A stretch of 64,000 nt of DNA, taken from Nostoc spongiaeforme FACHB-130. GTDB lineage: Bacteria > Cyanobacteriota > Cyanobacteriia > Cyanobacteriales > Nostocaceae. The DNA is taken from NCBI RefSeq assembly GCF_014698475.1, contig NZ_JACJTB010000020.1, positions 1 through 64,000 on the forward strand. Reading direction: 5' to 3'. Both the position numbers and the translations under genes were made by a program. The notes under the pieces are model-generated. The model was not told the origin of the DNA and ran no database searches. It saw only the letters and a program-made list of their open reading frames with translations. This document shows positions 52,465 to 62,777 of the stretch, piece by piece. The first letter of the stretch is position 1. Each line of letters begins with the position of its first letter.

Positions 52465-53400
52465 TCACTTCTGCGCTCGATAAACTGGACTAATTTCACG
52501 ATAGGTATTGAGTAAATTCAAGAATTTATCAAAATCAAAACTTATTGGATCGATTTTTTGACCAGAACGGTCGACTTGTTGATGAGTAGTAATGCGATCT
52601 TCGGGAACCTGACTTTGGGCAATTAACCAAGCTAAAGAATGATATTGAGCTTCGGTATAGCCGCTATGAGCTTTAATATAATTATCTCCCCGGCCATCGG
52701 GTGGTGTTTCTAAAGAAACATGATAGGCAAAATTATTGACAGATGGCGGCAAATTAGGATTAGTCTGGACAGTTTCAACACCATTAAAGCTTTCAAACAC
52801 TGAGTTAGCCGCCCCAAAAGCTCGTTTTTCTGGTGAGACTAGATAAACAACTGTACCATCTAATTCAATTAAGGAATGATAACTGGCTTGGACACTTTCA
52901 TCTTCATGGGGTGTTTGAAAGAAATTAATGGCGCTGTCGGCAGAATAACCAGTTTCGTGTAGTACGATAATGGCCGGATTGGTGAGTCTGACACCGTAAA
53001 TATCTTGAGTGTAGCGATCGCCATAATTACTAGGGTCTACTTTAGCAATTTCATATCTTGGTTGATATTTAGCAAAAGCCTCTGTAGTTCTATATCTGCC
53101 CAAATTCTGCCGGGGAATACCTGGAGATTTGGCTGATTGATTTTTAGAGGATTGCAACTTTACTTGGGGATATTCATTCCCAACTGTCGTCATCTCTTGA
53201 TTTGATGAGGTGGTTTGAGGAATTTTTGATTGGTTAATTTTGCCAATCAACAGCGCCACACTCAATGCAGTAAATACCAGAGAAATTAATAGCACCCTAG
53301 TTGCCCATTCTCTAAAACTCATGTTGGCAGATTTCAGAATACAGCTAGAAATCATCTTAATCAAAACAATAATACCAATACATCTGCCAGTGATTCCCAA
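52465..53400 (-). CDS. N-acetylmuramoyl-L-alanine amidase (Amidase_2/PGRP-like) with an N-terminal membrane anchor
   Basis: 311 aa. The C-terminal domain (AIIVLHETG...SYHSLIELDGTV...AFGA..S.F....N....HVSLE) fits the amidase_2 pattern. Confidence 0.7.
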   Translation of the reverse strand: MGITGRCIGIIVLIKMISSCILKSANMSFREWATRVLLISLVFTALSVALLIGKINQSKIPQTTSSNQEMTTVGNEYPQVKLQSSKNQSAKSPGIPRQNLGRYRTTEAFAKYQPRYEIAKVDPSNYGDRYTQDIYGVRLTNPAIIVLHETGYSADSAINFFQTPHEDESVQASYHSLIELDGTVVYLVSPEKRAFGAANSVFESFNGVETVQTNPNLPPSVNNFAYHVSLETPPDGRGDNYIKAHSGYTEAQYHSLAWLIAQSQVPEDRITTHQQVDRSGQKIDPISFDFDKFLNLLNTYREISPVYRAQK

Positions 53401-53529
53401 TACAACTAGGACTTATATGTAGAGCGACGTAAATATTTGTAGTTGGGAAACGGCAAGAGGCAGAAGGCACGAGGAAAGAGGATTTTACGTTTATGTAATG
53501 GGGTTAAATCATCCTAAACTTGGAAATGC

Positions 53530-56500
53530 TTGCTAAAGCTGGTGTATATACTCATATTTAAACAATACACTAGGCGATCGCAAGCAATTATGTCGGAATT
53601 ATTTCTTGGGTGGGTAGCGACTAATGCTGTTGGGCTATTGGTTAAGACAATTATGACTCAGGATTTTGTTAAGGAATTTGCTCAGGATTTAGCCAAAGAC
53701 TACGCTAAAGACTTTTTCAAAGACCGTTTTAATAATGTCCCCATAGCACTATTTGAGAAAGAACCACTGCAAAAAGCTATTATTAAAGCACTGAAAGAGT
53801 TTTTTCAAATTGTAGAAGACGAGTTGAAGTTGTGCCAAGTATCGGCAGCAGACATTAAGAAATTTGCTAAACCTCTAAAAACGTTTATATATAATAAATC
53901 TGTTAAACAAATTTTAGGAAGAGCCTTTAAAGACGATTGTAATTCTCTTAATTATCAAGAACTCAGAAATATCTGGGATGAGCTTAATTTACCGATTATG
54001 CCAGCTAACTTTAACTGGCAATCGGTTACACAAAAATATATTGAAAAATGTCAAGAAATTCTTGGAGACTCATCTGAACTACGCAGTATTTTATTGGGTC
54101 AGAGACTTGAAGAAATTCTCAGATTTTTAAAAGAGAATCGTAGTATTACGCCAGATTTTGATTTACCAAAATATCTAGAAACTATTCGTGAGCGGTACAT
54201 TAGTTTAAAGCTGCATCGTTTAGAGAATAAAGGCAGCGAATTGAGGATTAATTTATGGCAAATATTTATTCCTCAAAATGTCCGCGAAGTTTATCAGGTA
54301 TTGCCAGAATTACCTAAAGAACATCTCCGCCGATTACAAGCAACTCAGCAATTAGACACTGAATTTGATTTAGAAGAATTAGACCGCTATAAACGCAATT
54401 ATGTTCAGCAACCGATACGTTCAGTATTAGATGTTATCCAAGAAAAACGCTCAAAAAATTATCTTGTAATCTTAGGCGATCCGGGTTCGGGTAAGTCTAC
54501 GTTACTTCATTACTTAGCATTAAAATGGGTTGAGGAAACTTTGACGCTGAAAGATTTTTCTCTGCCGATTCCCTTGCTGATTGAATTGAACAGTTATGTG
54601 CGCGATCGCAATGAGCAATGTAATAATTTTCTGCAATATTATAATCACGCCCCCAAGTGCTTCTTTCATCTCAATCAGCATAAACTGCACGAACAACTAA
54701 AGGCAGGTAATGCTTTAGTTATGTTTGATGGATTAGATGAAATCTTTGATTCAGTGATGCGAAACGAAGTCATTGATTCTATTCATCGCTTTACTAACGA
54801 ATATCCAGATGTGCAAGTAATTGTCACTTCTCGGATTATTGGCTATCAACCTCAAGTATTACAAGATGCTGAATTTAGACATTTCATTTTGCAAGATTTA
54901 GAGTTAGAACAAATTACCGATTTTATTGAACGATGGCATGAAAGGACTTTTAATGTCACTGATAAAGAAGAAAAAGACCTTAAACAAGAGCGACTGCAAA
55001 AAGCAATTAAAGAATCACAAGCCATTGCTGAACTAGCAGGAAATCCTCTGCTACTAACTATGATGGCAATTCTCAATCTCAGTCAAGAACTACCTAGAGA
55101 TAGACCAGAACTTTATAATCAAGCATCCAGAGTATTGTTACACAAGTGGGATGTGGAACGTGCTTTAGAAACAGATAAATGGGCTATCAATGATAAAGAT
55201 AAGCAAGCCATGCTACGTCAAGTTGCCTATACTATGCAAACTAGCGATGCAGGTTTAGCTGGCAATGTGATTAGTGAAGATAGTTTAATTAATGTTCTGA
55301 CTGAATATTTAAAAGAAGAGTTAGAGTTTGAGCAACCCAAATTAGCGGCAAGGAGAATAATTGACCAACTACGGACTCGTAACTTTATGTTATGCTTTCG
55401 TGGTGCTGATTACTATGGTTTTGTACATCGAACTTTTTTGGAATATTTCTGTGCTGCGTATTTTGTCTGGCGATTTGAGAAGAAACGGAATATTTCATTA
55501 ACAACGGAAGTTTTTGGCAAACATTGGGATGATGAAACTTGGCATGAAGTGTTGCTGTTAATTGCTGGGATGATTGAACCCGAATATGTTGGTGAGATTC
55601 TTGAGTATTTAATGGTGCAGGATGGTGAAGAAAAGAAATTTATCAATCTCTTTTTAGCAGCAAAATGTCTTGTTGAAGTCAGACATCGCTCAAAGATGAG
55701 AAAAGTAGCTGATAAATTACTGAATCAGTTAAAAGATTTAATTGAATATGATGTCTGGTATTATTATCGACCCATCTTCGATGACGACGAAAATCGGCTA
55801 GTACGAGAAATTCGCACTCAAGCAGTCACAGCAATAGCCACAACTTGGCAAGATGACACCAGTAAAACCTTTCTCCAAGAACTCGCCAATAGCAAAGATG
55901 TTGATTCGGATGTGCGGGGGACAGCAGTGGCACAATTAGCCCAGGCTTACAAGGATGACACAACTAAAACCCTTCTCCTAAAACTCGCCATTGCCAAAGA
56001 TGTTGATTCGTCTGTGCGAATTACAGCAGTGGCACAATTAGCTAAAGCTTACAAGGATGACTTCACTAAAACCCTTCTCTTACAACTCGCCACTACCAAA
56101 GATGTTGATTCGTTTGTGCGACAGATAGCAGTGCTACAATTAGCCCAGGTTTACAAGGATGACTCCACTAAAACCCTTCTCCTACAACTCGCCACTGCCA
56201 AAGATGTTGATAAATATGTGCGAATTACAGCAGTGGCACAATTAGCTAAAGCTTACAAGGATGACTCCACCAAAACCCTTCTCCTACAACTCGCCAATGC
56301 CAAAGATGTTGATTCGTCTGTGCAACGGACAGCAGTGGCACAATTAGCCCAGGCTTACAAGGATGACTCCACTAAAACCCTTCTCCTAAAACTCGCCACT
56401 GCCAAAGATGTTGATTCGGATGTGCGGGTGACAGCAGTGGAACAATTAGCCCAGGCTTACAAGGATGACTCCACCAAAACCCTTCTCCTACAACTCGCCA

Positions 56501-57102
56501 CTGCCCAGGATGTTGATGAATATGTACGAGTGATAGCAGTGGCACAATTAGCCCAGGCTTACAAGGATGACTCCACCAAAACCTTTCTCCTACAACTCGC
56601 CACTGCCAAAGATGTTGATTCGTCTGTGCGACGGACAGCAGTGGCACAATTAGCCCAGGCTTACAAGGATGACTCCACCAAAACCTTTCTCCTACAACTC
56701 GCTACTGCCCAGGATGATAATTGGTATATGCAAGAGACAGCAGTGGAAAAATTAGCCCAGGCTTACAAGGATGACTCCACTAAAACCCTTCTCCTACAAC
56801 TCGCTACTGCCCAGGATGATAACTGGTATAAGCGACGGACAGCAGTGGCACAGTTAGCTAAAGCTTACAAATCTCAGCCTGAACTTTTTGAAATCTACTA
56901 TAACTGTGCAGCCAATGACCCTTTTCAGGGTAGCCATGAAGATTTTTTTCCAAATCCCCGACGCGTTGCACTGGAGATAATTATCAAGCAGTATCCTCAG
57001 CATGAGCGGACTTTACCACTGTTGCGCGATCGCGCCGAAAATGACCCAGATGAGCAAGTAAGGGAATATGCTCAGAAAAAATTGGCAGAATTAGAGAAGT
57101 AA
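53530..57102 (+). CDS. STAND NTPase: unknown alpha-helical N-terminal domain (~290 aa), NACHT P-loop NTPase, C-terminal array of ~9 near-identical 39-aa HEAT/PBS-lyase-like repeats
   Basis: 1190 aa with the Walker A motif LVILGDPGSGKSTLL and Walker B ALVMFDGLDE. The repeats KDVDS.VR.TAVAQLAQAYKDDSTKTLLLQLATA recur with a 117-bp period from about 55850 to 56880. The true start is probably the Met at about 53590. Confidence 0.85.
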   Translation: MLKLVYILIFKQYTRRSQAIMSELFLGWVATNAVGLLVKTIMTQDFVKEFAQDLAKDYAKDFFKDRFNNVPIALFEKEPLQKAIIKALKEFFQIVEDELKLCQVSAADIKKFAKPLKTFIYNKSVKQILGRAFKDDCNSLNYQELRNIWDELNLPIMPANFNWQSVTQKYIEKCQEILGDSSELRSILLGQRLEEILRFLKENRSITPDFDLPKYLETIRERYISLKLHRLENKGSELRINLWQIFIPQNVREVYQVLPELPKEHLRRLQATQQLDTEFDLEELDRYKRNYVQQPIRSVLDVIQEKRSKNYLVILGDPGSGKSTLLHYLALKWVEETLTLKDFSLPIPLLIELNSYVRDRNEQCNNFLQYYNHAPKCFFHLNQHKLHEQLKAGNALVMFDGLDEIFDSVMRNEVIDSIHRFTNEYPDVQVIVTSRIIGYQPQVLQDAEFRHFILQDLELEQITDFIERWHERTFNVTDKEEKDLKQERLQKAIKESQAIAELAGNPLLLTMMAILNLSQELPRDRPELYNQASRVLLHKWDVERALETDKWAINDKDKQAMLRQVAYTMQTSDAGLAGNVISEDSLINVLTEYLKEELEFEQPKLAARRIIDQLRTRNFMLCFRGADYYGFVHRTFLEYFCAAYFVWRFEKKRNISLTTEVFGKHWDDETWHEVLLLIAGMIEPEYVGEILEYLMVQDGEEKKFINLFLAAKCLVEVRHRSKMRKVADKLLNQLKDLIEYDVWYYYRPIFDDDENRLVREIRTQAVTAIATTWQDDTSKTFLQELANSKDVDSDVRGTAVAQLAQAYKDDTTKTLLLKLAIAKDVDSSVRITAVAQLAKAYKDDFTKTLLLQLATTKDVDSFVRQIAVLQLAQVYKDDSTKTLLLQLATAKDVDKYVRITAVAQLAKAYKDDSTKTLLLQLANAKDVDSSVQRTAVAQLAQAYKDDSTKTLLLKLATAKDVDSDVRVTAVEQLAQAYKDDSTKTLLLQLATAQDVDEYVRVIAVAQLAQAYKDDSTKTFLLQLATAKDVDSSVRRTAVAQLAQAYKDDSTKTFLLQLATAQDDNWYMQETAVEKLAQAYKDDSTKTLLLQLATAQDDNWYKRRTAVAQLAKAYKSQPELFEIYYNCAANDPFQGSHEDFFPNPRRVALEIIIKQYPQHERTLPLLRDRAENDPDEQVREYAQKKLAELEK

Positions 57103-57117
57103 GATTGGCGAAAAATT

Positions 57118-57348
57118 ATGAATAACACAGACATTCGTCAGCAAATTAACCAATATCTAGACCGATTATCTTCAGAACGTCTACAACTAGTTGCTGACTT
57201 TTTAGCATACCTAGCAGACAAGGAGAGTGAAGACGCTACCCAAGAATTACTTGATACTCCTGGATTTATTGAGTCATTCGAGAGAGGTAAAAAAGATATT
57301 GCTGAGAATCGGGTAAAAAACTGGAGAACAATTCGGTCTGATGTATGA
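57118..57348 (+). CDS. Antitoxin partner of the RelE/ParE toxin
   Basis: 76-aa acidic protein overlapping the toxin gene by 8 bp. Confidence 0.55.
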   Translation: MNNTDIRQQINQYLDRLSSERLQLVADFLAYLADKESEDATQELLDTPGFIESFERGKKDIAENRVKNWRTIRSDV

Positions 57349-57601
57349 CGTTGTTTTATCTGCTGAGGTAGAAGAGATTTATACTTCAGCAGACCAAGCC
57401 TTAGCCAAAAAGATTGCTCGATGCTTGGAGTATTTAGAACAAAATCCTCGATTTCATCCCAACATTAAATCCCTTAAAGGTGACTTGGCAGGTTATTACC
57501 GCTATCGTATTGGCAATTATCGCGTAATTTACCAAATTGATGATGACGCAAATCAAGTCATTGTTAATACTATTGTTCACCGACGAGAAGCGTATGAATA
57601 A
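57341..57601 (+). CDS. RelE/ParE-family toxin
   Basis: 86 aa with the C-terminal motif GYYRYRIGNYRVIYQIDDDANQVIVNTIVHRREAY. Confidence 0.75.
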   Translation: MYDVVLSAEVEEIYTSADQALAKKIARCLEYLEQNPRFHPNIKSLKGDLAGYYRYRIGNYRVIYQIDDDANQVIVNTIVHRREAYE

Positions 57602-57818
57602 CAAATACACAATTATTATTCAATGGTCAGATGAAGATGATTGTTTTGTTGTTAGCCTGCCTGAGTGGGGAGATTATTGTCACACTCACGGAGATACTTA
57701 TGAGGAAGCTTTAAAAAATGCTCAGGAAGTTTTAGAAATGCTAATTGAATCAGCTTTAGAAGATGGTGAAACTTTGCCAGAGCCGCAAACTTTGGGCAAG
57801 CCTTTAAAAGTAGCATAA
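57597..57818 (+). CDS. hicB: HicB-like (UPF0150) antitoxin with no adjacent HicA
   Basis: MNNKYTIIIQWSDEDDCFVVSLPEWGDYCHTHGDTYEEALKNAQEVLEMLIE is the typical HicB N-terminal domain. Its start overlaps the RelE stop codon. Confidence 0.6.
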   Translation, partial: NNKYTIIIQWSDEDDCFVVSLPEWGDYCHTHGDTYEEALKNAQEVLEMLIESALEDGETLPEPQTLGKPLKVA

Positions 57819-58333
57819 CGCGATGTGCAACTTATTTTTTAAACCCCTCTCCAAACCTCTCACGCCAGTCGCTACAACGGAGGGAACCTCCGCAACACGC
57901 TGGCTCCCCGAAGCGGAGAGAGGCTTTGAATCTTGCTCCCCTTCCCTCGTAGGGAAGGGGTTGGGAGTTAGGTTTGAGATAAAATTGCACACGGCATAGC
58001 ATAATAAAATTAAACGGGTAAATTTAGAGGATGTTTTAAAAGTCCTCTCATTGGTAGCAAAACATTTTAGATCCCCCTAAATCCCCCTTCAAAAGGGGGA
58101 CTTTAAAGCATTTACCCCTTTTTAAGCAGGGTGGTTTCATTCGCTCAGATGAGGATTTTGTCAAGAGTATCAGCCATAAATTTTAGTGAGTAACCCTTGA
58201 CAGGGAAAGCAATAGGAGTAAGTTTTTCCGAAATCGTCACGTTCAAAAAAGCCTTGATAAAATTAAGCGATAGATTGTAAATCCCTCTTAGCGTTAGTGC
58301 TTTGAGGGATTTTGGTATTAGATTTTTTGAGTG

Positions 58334-58567
58334 CTAGGTTAAATTACTTGCTTCCTCTACTGCTTGCTTTAACTCTTCAAAGGTAATACTACCGTCTTCG
58401 TCGGAATCATACTGTACTATCAACTCTTGGGGACTAGTGGTATGTGTTTGTGATGAGATGACTGCACTTAAGCCAGGACTTAAAAAAAGCTCATTAATGG
58501 AGATTTTACCGTCTTGATCGCGATCTAAGGTATTAAAAAGAGATTGAAGTTCTTGCTCGGTTGTCAT
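58334..58567 (-). CDS. EF-hand calcium-binding protein (two EF-hand loops)
   Basis: Two 12-residue EF-hand loops, DRDQDGKISINE and DSDEDGSITFEE. Confidence 0.7.
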   Translation of the reverse strand: MTTEQELQSLFNTLDRDQDGKISINELFLSPGLSAVISSQTHTTSPQELIVQYDSDEDGSITFEELKQAVEEASNLT

Positions 58568-59263
58568 AAGTTTTTATCTGAATTAATTTTTCACTTTAAT
58601 ATTTCAAAATTCAACACACTTATATCAAAAGAAGTATAAATAGGTATCGCTGAGGCTGAGATTAATGAAATGGTATGAACTATATCTTCTCTGTGCAATC
58701 AGCTATGCTATAGCATTACGCTATCGTCCGTACCTCTGCACCCTCTGCTTCTATCTTGAAAAGTGCGATCGCTCAATTCGGTAGTGGACTGTTAACAATT
58801 TCATACTCATAAAAGTATTGATATTTACCAAAAATAAAAGCTAAAACAAGGTGAAGAATTTGGTTTTTTGGGTGGCAAAACCGTAAAATTACAATCGTAA
58901 CTGGAGATACAGAAATTAAGTTGTAGTCGTCTCTACACCCCATTTCCGGGCAATTGAGTACAGCTTAATATATCGTAAAATAACTTGGCTAAATCGCTGC
59001 AAATTCATATAAGTCAAGGGTTTGATGGTGAGTACCGCAATTCTTAAACCCCCACCCAAGAAATACTAGTACCCCTACTGTAAAAAACTAGTACCCTTAC
59101 CCCAAGAGAAATTTTTTATTAATTAAAAATAAAGCTTTGCAGTGGTTGAGTACAACCTTAATAAATCCAATAAATCCAACCGACATAGAGTGTACTGTCC
59201 TCTTGGGAGTCGCCTGCTATAAGCATAAAAATAGCACAAGGCTTTTTTACCCAGACAGTACCG

Positions 59264-60016
59264 ATGCAAGAGTCATTAGACAGTAATCAACCAGCGACAG
59301 TAGCGCCTGATTCTGTAAAAACATCCCTGCTGAAAAATTTACTCTCTGCTGGCACTTCTTTTGAGCCAGTGTTGAGTGATTTTCGGATTATTTTTGAACG
59401 TGACCCGGCTGCACGTAATTGGTTAGAGGTGGTGTTTTGTTACCCTGGCTTCCACGCGCTTTGTTTACATCGTCTGGCTAACTGGTTGCATCGTCGAGGG
59501 GTAGCTTTCTTTCCGCGTTTCATTTCTCATATTGGTCGATTCTTAACCGGAATTGAAATTCACCCAGGTGCAGAGATTGGTAAAGGGGTATTTATCGACC
59601 ACGGGATGGGGGTTGTGATTGGTGAAACGGCGATTGTGGGAGACTACACGCTGATTTATCAAGGTGTGACTCTCGGCGGAACTGGGAAGGAAAGCGGGAA
59701 ACGTCACCCGACTGTGGGTAACAACGTTGTGATTGGTTCTGGTGCGAAGGTTTTAGGAAATATTCAATTAGGCGATCGCGTCCGTGTGGGTGCAGGTTCG
59801 GTTGTGTTGCGTGATGTTCCGGCTGATTCCACAGTTGTTGGGGTTCCCGGACGGATTATTTCTCGCAAAGACAAGAATCAATCTCCTCTAGAACATAACA
59901 AGCTCCCGGATGTGGAAGCCACTGTGATTCGTTCCTTATTATCTCGCATTGAGCAACTTGAACAAAAACTCAAAACTTACGAGTCAACGGTAATTCACAG
60001 GACAAATGACAAATAA
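59264..60016 (+). CDS. cysE: Serine O-acetyltransferase
   Basis: 250 aa with the hexapeptide-repeat region [26 protein letters not shown] and the CysE N-terminal helical domain. Confidence 0.88.
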   Translation: MQESLDSNQPATVAPDSVKTSLLKNLLSAGTSFEPVLSDFRIIFERDPAARNWLEVVFCYPGFHALCLHRLANWLHRRGVAFFPRFISHIGRFLTGIEIHPGAEIGKGVFIDHGMGVVIGETAIVGDYTLIYQGVTLGGTGKESGKRHPTVGNNVVIGSGAKVLGNIQLGDRVRVGAGSVVLRDVPADSTVVGVPGRIISRKDKNQSPLEHNKLPDVEATVIRSLLSRIEQLEQKLKTYESTVIHRTNDK

Positions 60017-60239
60017 TACTTTAGGTGAGCAAATTTTACAGATTCCGTTGAGCGATCGCTGGCGAATTTATCACCGTTTGCAAGAGTTAATGATTCCCTG
60101 CGCTTGTCACCCTGATGGTTCTTTACGAGTCCAAGTTAACAGTTTACTGGCAGCAATTTTAGTCCGTAGTACGATTATGCAATTTTTTGCGCCGCGTCAA
60201 GAATTGGTCAACTGGTTAAAACATTGTTGGGATTTATAA
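60006..60239 (+). CDS. Small conserved cyanobacterial hypothetical protein downstream of cysE
   Basis: 77-aa ORF overlapping cysE by 11 bp. Confidence 0.4.
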   Translation: MTNNTLGEQILQIPLSDRWRIYHRLQELMIPCACHPDGSLRVQVNSLLAAILVRSTIMQFFAPRQELVNWLKHCWDL

Positions 60240-60362
60240 ACCAGTCTTGACATATCGAAAAAATCAGCCTCTCCTTTATTTTTAACTCTGATTTTTTTAG
60301 TTGCCTAAATTGCATTCTCAATCTTTAATTCTCCTCTATACTTATCTGTTTCTGGTTTAGTT

Positions 60363-60560
60363 ATGTCCACCCGCACGAAAGAATCAAAATTCATCAAATT
60401 TTTACATACAGAACTCGAACTCACCAATGCAGATATTGCTGTAGCACTGCGACACAAAAAGTTTGATGATGCACCATTACCGATGCTGCTTTGGCAATAT
60501 GGATTGGTCAATTTAGAACAGCTAGAACAAATTTTAGATTGGCTAGATGAGCAGAGATGA
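60363..60560 (+). CDS. Small conserved cyanobacterial hypothetical protein
   Basis: 65-aa ORF in the same orientation, within the cysE–nifV interval. Confidence 0.4.
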   Translation: MSTRTKESKFIKFLHTELELTNADIAVALRHKKFDDAPLPMLLWQYGLVNLEQLEQILDWLDEQR

Positions 60561-61022
60561 GGGACTTCCAACTAAAAAATATCCAATGATGAGGAGTAGC
60601 AGAGGGAGCAGAGGAGCAGGGGAGCGGAGGGAGAAAAAGATTCTAATCAATATTTTTGCTCTTTGACGTTGAATAATTTAATTTCTGGAAGTCACTAAAA
60701 GAATTTACGGTTTCAATGAGTTGGCGATCGCTAGTTACAACTTTTTGGCAGAAATGACTTGCAATTATCGGGAGATAGCACTATGATTTCTAGCTTTATT
60801 TTTGGATTTGTTTTCTTATTTGTTTCCAGTCTAGCTAACACCTATTTGGGCTATCTTCTACTAGAAAAAAGTGTGCATGACAATAGTGAAAAAGGCAGTT
60901 AAATTATACTGTCGTTTTGTTTTCTGTCATACAGATGCGATGTCTTTATCTCGTTAATATTAAAGAATGATGAAGACAAAATATTAATTGGATTAATTTA
61001 TAGCATTTACCTTTACTCAGCG

Positions 61023-62219
61023 TTGCGGAAAATAATTAACGCTACAGAAAGAATATTAAGAAAAATTCCTATGAGGCTGTTTGAAATGAGTGAAATCATA
61101 ATTAATGACACTACATTACGCGATGGCGAACAAGCAGCAGGTGTTGCTTTTACCTTAAAAGAGAAAATTGCGATCGCCAAATTTCTCGATGCTATCGGCG
61201 TGCATGAATTAGAAGTCGGTATCCCAGCGATGGGAGAAGATGAAATTCGTGCCATCTCAATCATTGCTGACTTGGGATTAAAAGCCAACCTCCTCGCCTG
61301 GAACCGCGCTGTAATTTCTGATATCAAAGCTTCCATTGCTTGTGGAATGCAGCGAGTACATATTGCGATTCCGGTTTCCGGTATCCAAATCGCTGCCAAG
61401 TTTCATGGACAGTGGCGAGTAAGTCTGCAAAGACTCAAAGATTGTATCAGTTACGCACGCGATCGCGGTCTTTGGGTAGCCGTCGGTGGCGAAGATTCTT
61501 CCAGAGCCGATGAAAACTTTTTGTTGGATGTCGCTCTGTATGCTCAAGAATGGGGTGCATCACGCTTTCGTTTCTGCGACACCGTAGGAGTTCTCGATCC
61601 TTTCACCACCTACAAAAAAGTTAAGCGCCTCGTTTCCTGGTTGTCGATTCCTGTAGAAATCCACACCCACAACGATTTCGGCTTGGCGACAGCTAACGCA
61701 CTTGCAGGAATTAAAGGTGGCGCAACATCTGTTAACACCACCGTCAACGGCTTGGGTGAAAGAGCAGGTAACGCCGCTTTAGAAGAAGTTGTCATGGCCA
61801 TCAAACGCATCTATGGCTTAGATATGGGAATTAACACACCCCGTTTGTTGGAATTATCGCAACTTGTAGCCGCAGCCGCCGGTGCTGGTGTACCACCTTG
61901 GAAAGCAATTGTTGGTGAGAATACCTTTGCTCACGAATCTGGAATTCATGCACACGGCGTATTACAAAACCCTAACACCTACGAACCCTTTGCACCAGAA
62001 GAAGTTGGTTGGGAAAGACGTTTAGTCGTTGGTAAGCATTCTGGAAAGCATTTGGTATCTAGCTTACTTCAGCAGCATGGTATCTTTCTCAACCCCGAAG
62101 AAACCCAATCTGTATTAGATGCAGTCCGCCAACAATCAGTTAAGAAAAAACGCAGCCTGACAACCGAAGAACTGTTGAACTTGGTAAAAGAACAGAGGTA
62201 TTCTCATGCAACCCGATGA
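61023..62219 (+). CDS. nifV: Homocitrate synthase
   Basis: [12 protein letters not shown]...[12 protein letters not shown] and the HTHND/GERAGN motifs indicate the HMGL-like homocitrate/isopropylmalate synthase family; it is followed by nifZ and nifT. The likely start is the Met at 61071 or 61086. Confidence 0.85.
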   Translation: MRKIINATERILRKIPMRLFEMSEIIINDTTLRDGEQAAGVAFTLKEKIAIAKFLDAIGVHELEVGIPAMGEDEIRAISIIADLGLKANLLAWNRAVISDIKASIACGMQRVHIAIPVSGIQIAAKFHGQWRVSLQRLKDCISYARDRGLWVAVGGEDSSRADENFLLDVALYAQEWGASRFRFCDTVGVLDPFTTYKKVKRLVSWLSIPVEIHTHNDFGLATANALAGIKGGATSVNTTVNGLGERAGNAALEEVVMAIKRIYGLDMGINTPRLLELSQLVAAAAGAGVPPWKAIVGENTFAHESGIHAHGVLQNPNTYEPFAPEEVGWERRLVVGKHSGKHLVSSLLQQHGIFLNPEETQSVLDAVRQQSVKKKRSLTTEELLNLVKEQRYSHATR

Positions 62220-62493
62220 ATACGAATTAGAGTCAGAACCTGATTTTGAAATTGGTGAAAAAGTCAGACTCCGCAAACAAATTAAAAACGACGGGACATT
62301 TCCCGGTAGAGAAATTGGCGAAATTTTAGCGAAGAAAGGAGACATTGGTTACGTAGCAAGTATAGGCACTTTTTTACAACGTTCCTATATTTATGCAGTG
62401 CATTTTTTAGATAAAGGCATTGTTGTTGGTTGTCGCAAAAAAGAACTAGAATCTGCTGAGGAAAATCATGAAAGTAATGCTACGGATGAATGA
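62206..62493 (+). CDS. nifZ: NifZ
   Basis: 95 aa with the pattern [35 protein letters not shown]...G.FLQ...IY.VHF...G.VVGCR..ELE, which is typical NifZ. Confidence 0.8.
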   Translation: MQPDEYELESEPDFEIGEKVRLRKQIKNDGTFPGREIGEILAKKGDIGYVASIGTFLQRSYIYAVHFLDKGIVVGCRKKELESAEENHESNATDE

Positions 62494-62671
62494 TAATGGC
62501 AACTTAACCGTCTATGTTGCGAAAAAAGATTTAGAAGAAGTAGTAGTAAAGCAAACAGACGGTGAAGCTGGTAAAATTCTTACCTTAGCCAATGGTTGGG
62601 AATTAGAATTTCCCGAAATACCTGATGTAGCAAATTTGCCTAAAACTGTAGAAGCTAGACGCTTGGCTTAA
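62468..62671 (+). CDS. nifT: NifT/FixU
   Basis: 67 aa; MKVMLR..D.G.L.VYVAKKDLEE.VV....G...GKILTL.NGWEL matches NifT/FixU. Confidence 0.8.
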   Translation: MKVMLRMNDNGNLTVYVAKKDLEEVVVKQTDGEAGKILTLANGWELEFPEIPDVANLPKTVEARRLA

Positions 62672-62683
62672 AATTACAAAAGG

Positions 62684-62716
62684 CAGGAGGCAGAAGGCAG
62701 GAGGCAGGAGGTAGAA
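62684..62716. repeat. Octamer tandem repeats (GGCAGGAG/GGCAGAAG)×4, the left arm of an inverted pair
   Basis: Read directly; the reverse-complement array lies at 63188-63222. Confidence 0.85.
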
Positions 62717-62777
62717 TAATATTAAATTTTGGACTGAACAATCGAAAACTTAACATTGCCAATCCAAAATTTAAAAT

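Noticed and set aside
49346-53400. Muramidase + amidase as a prophage lysis cassette
   Set aside because: No holin, terminase, capsid or integrase genes are nearby. The amidase has its own membrane anchor, and the genes are separated by SDR and cobW housekeeping genes. They are more likely cell-wall remodelling enzymes, although a degraded prophage remnant cannot be excluded.
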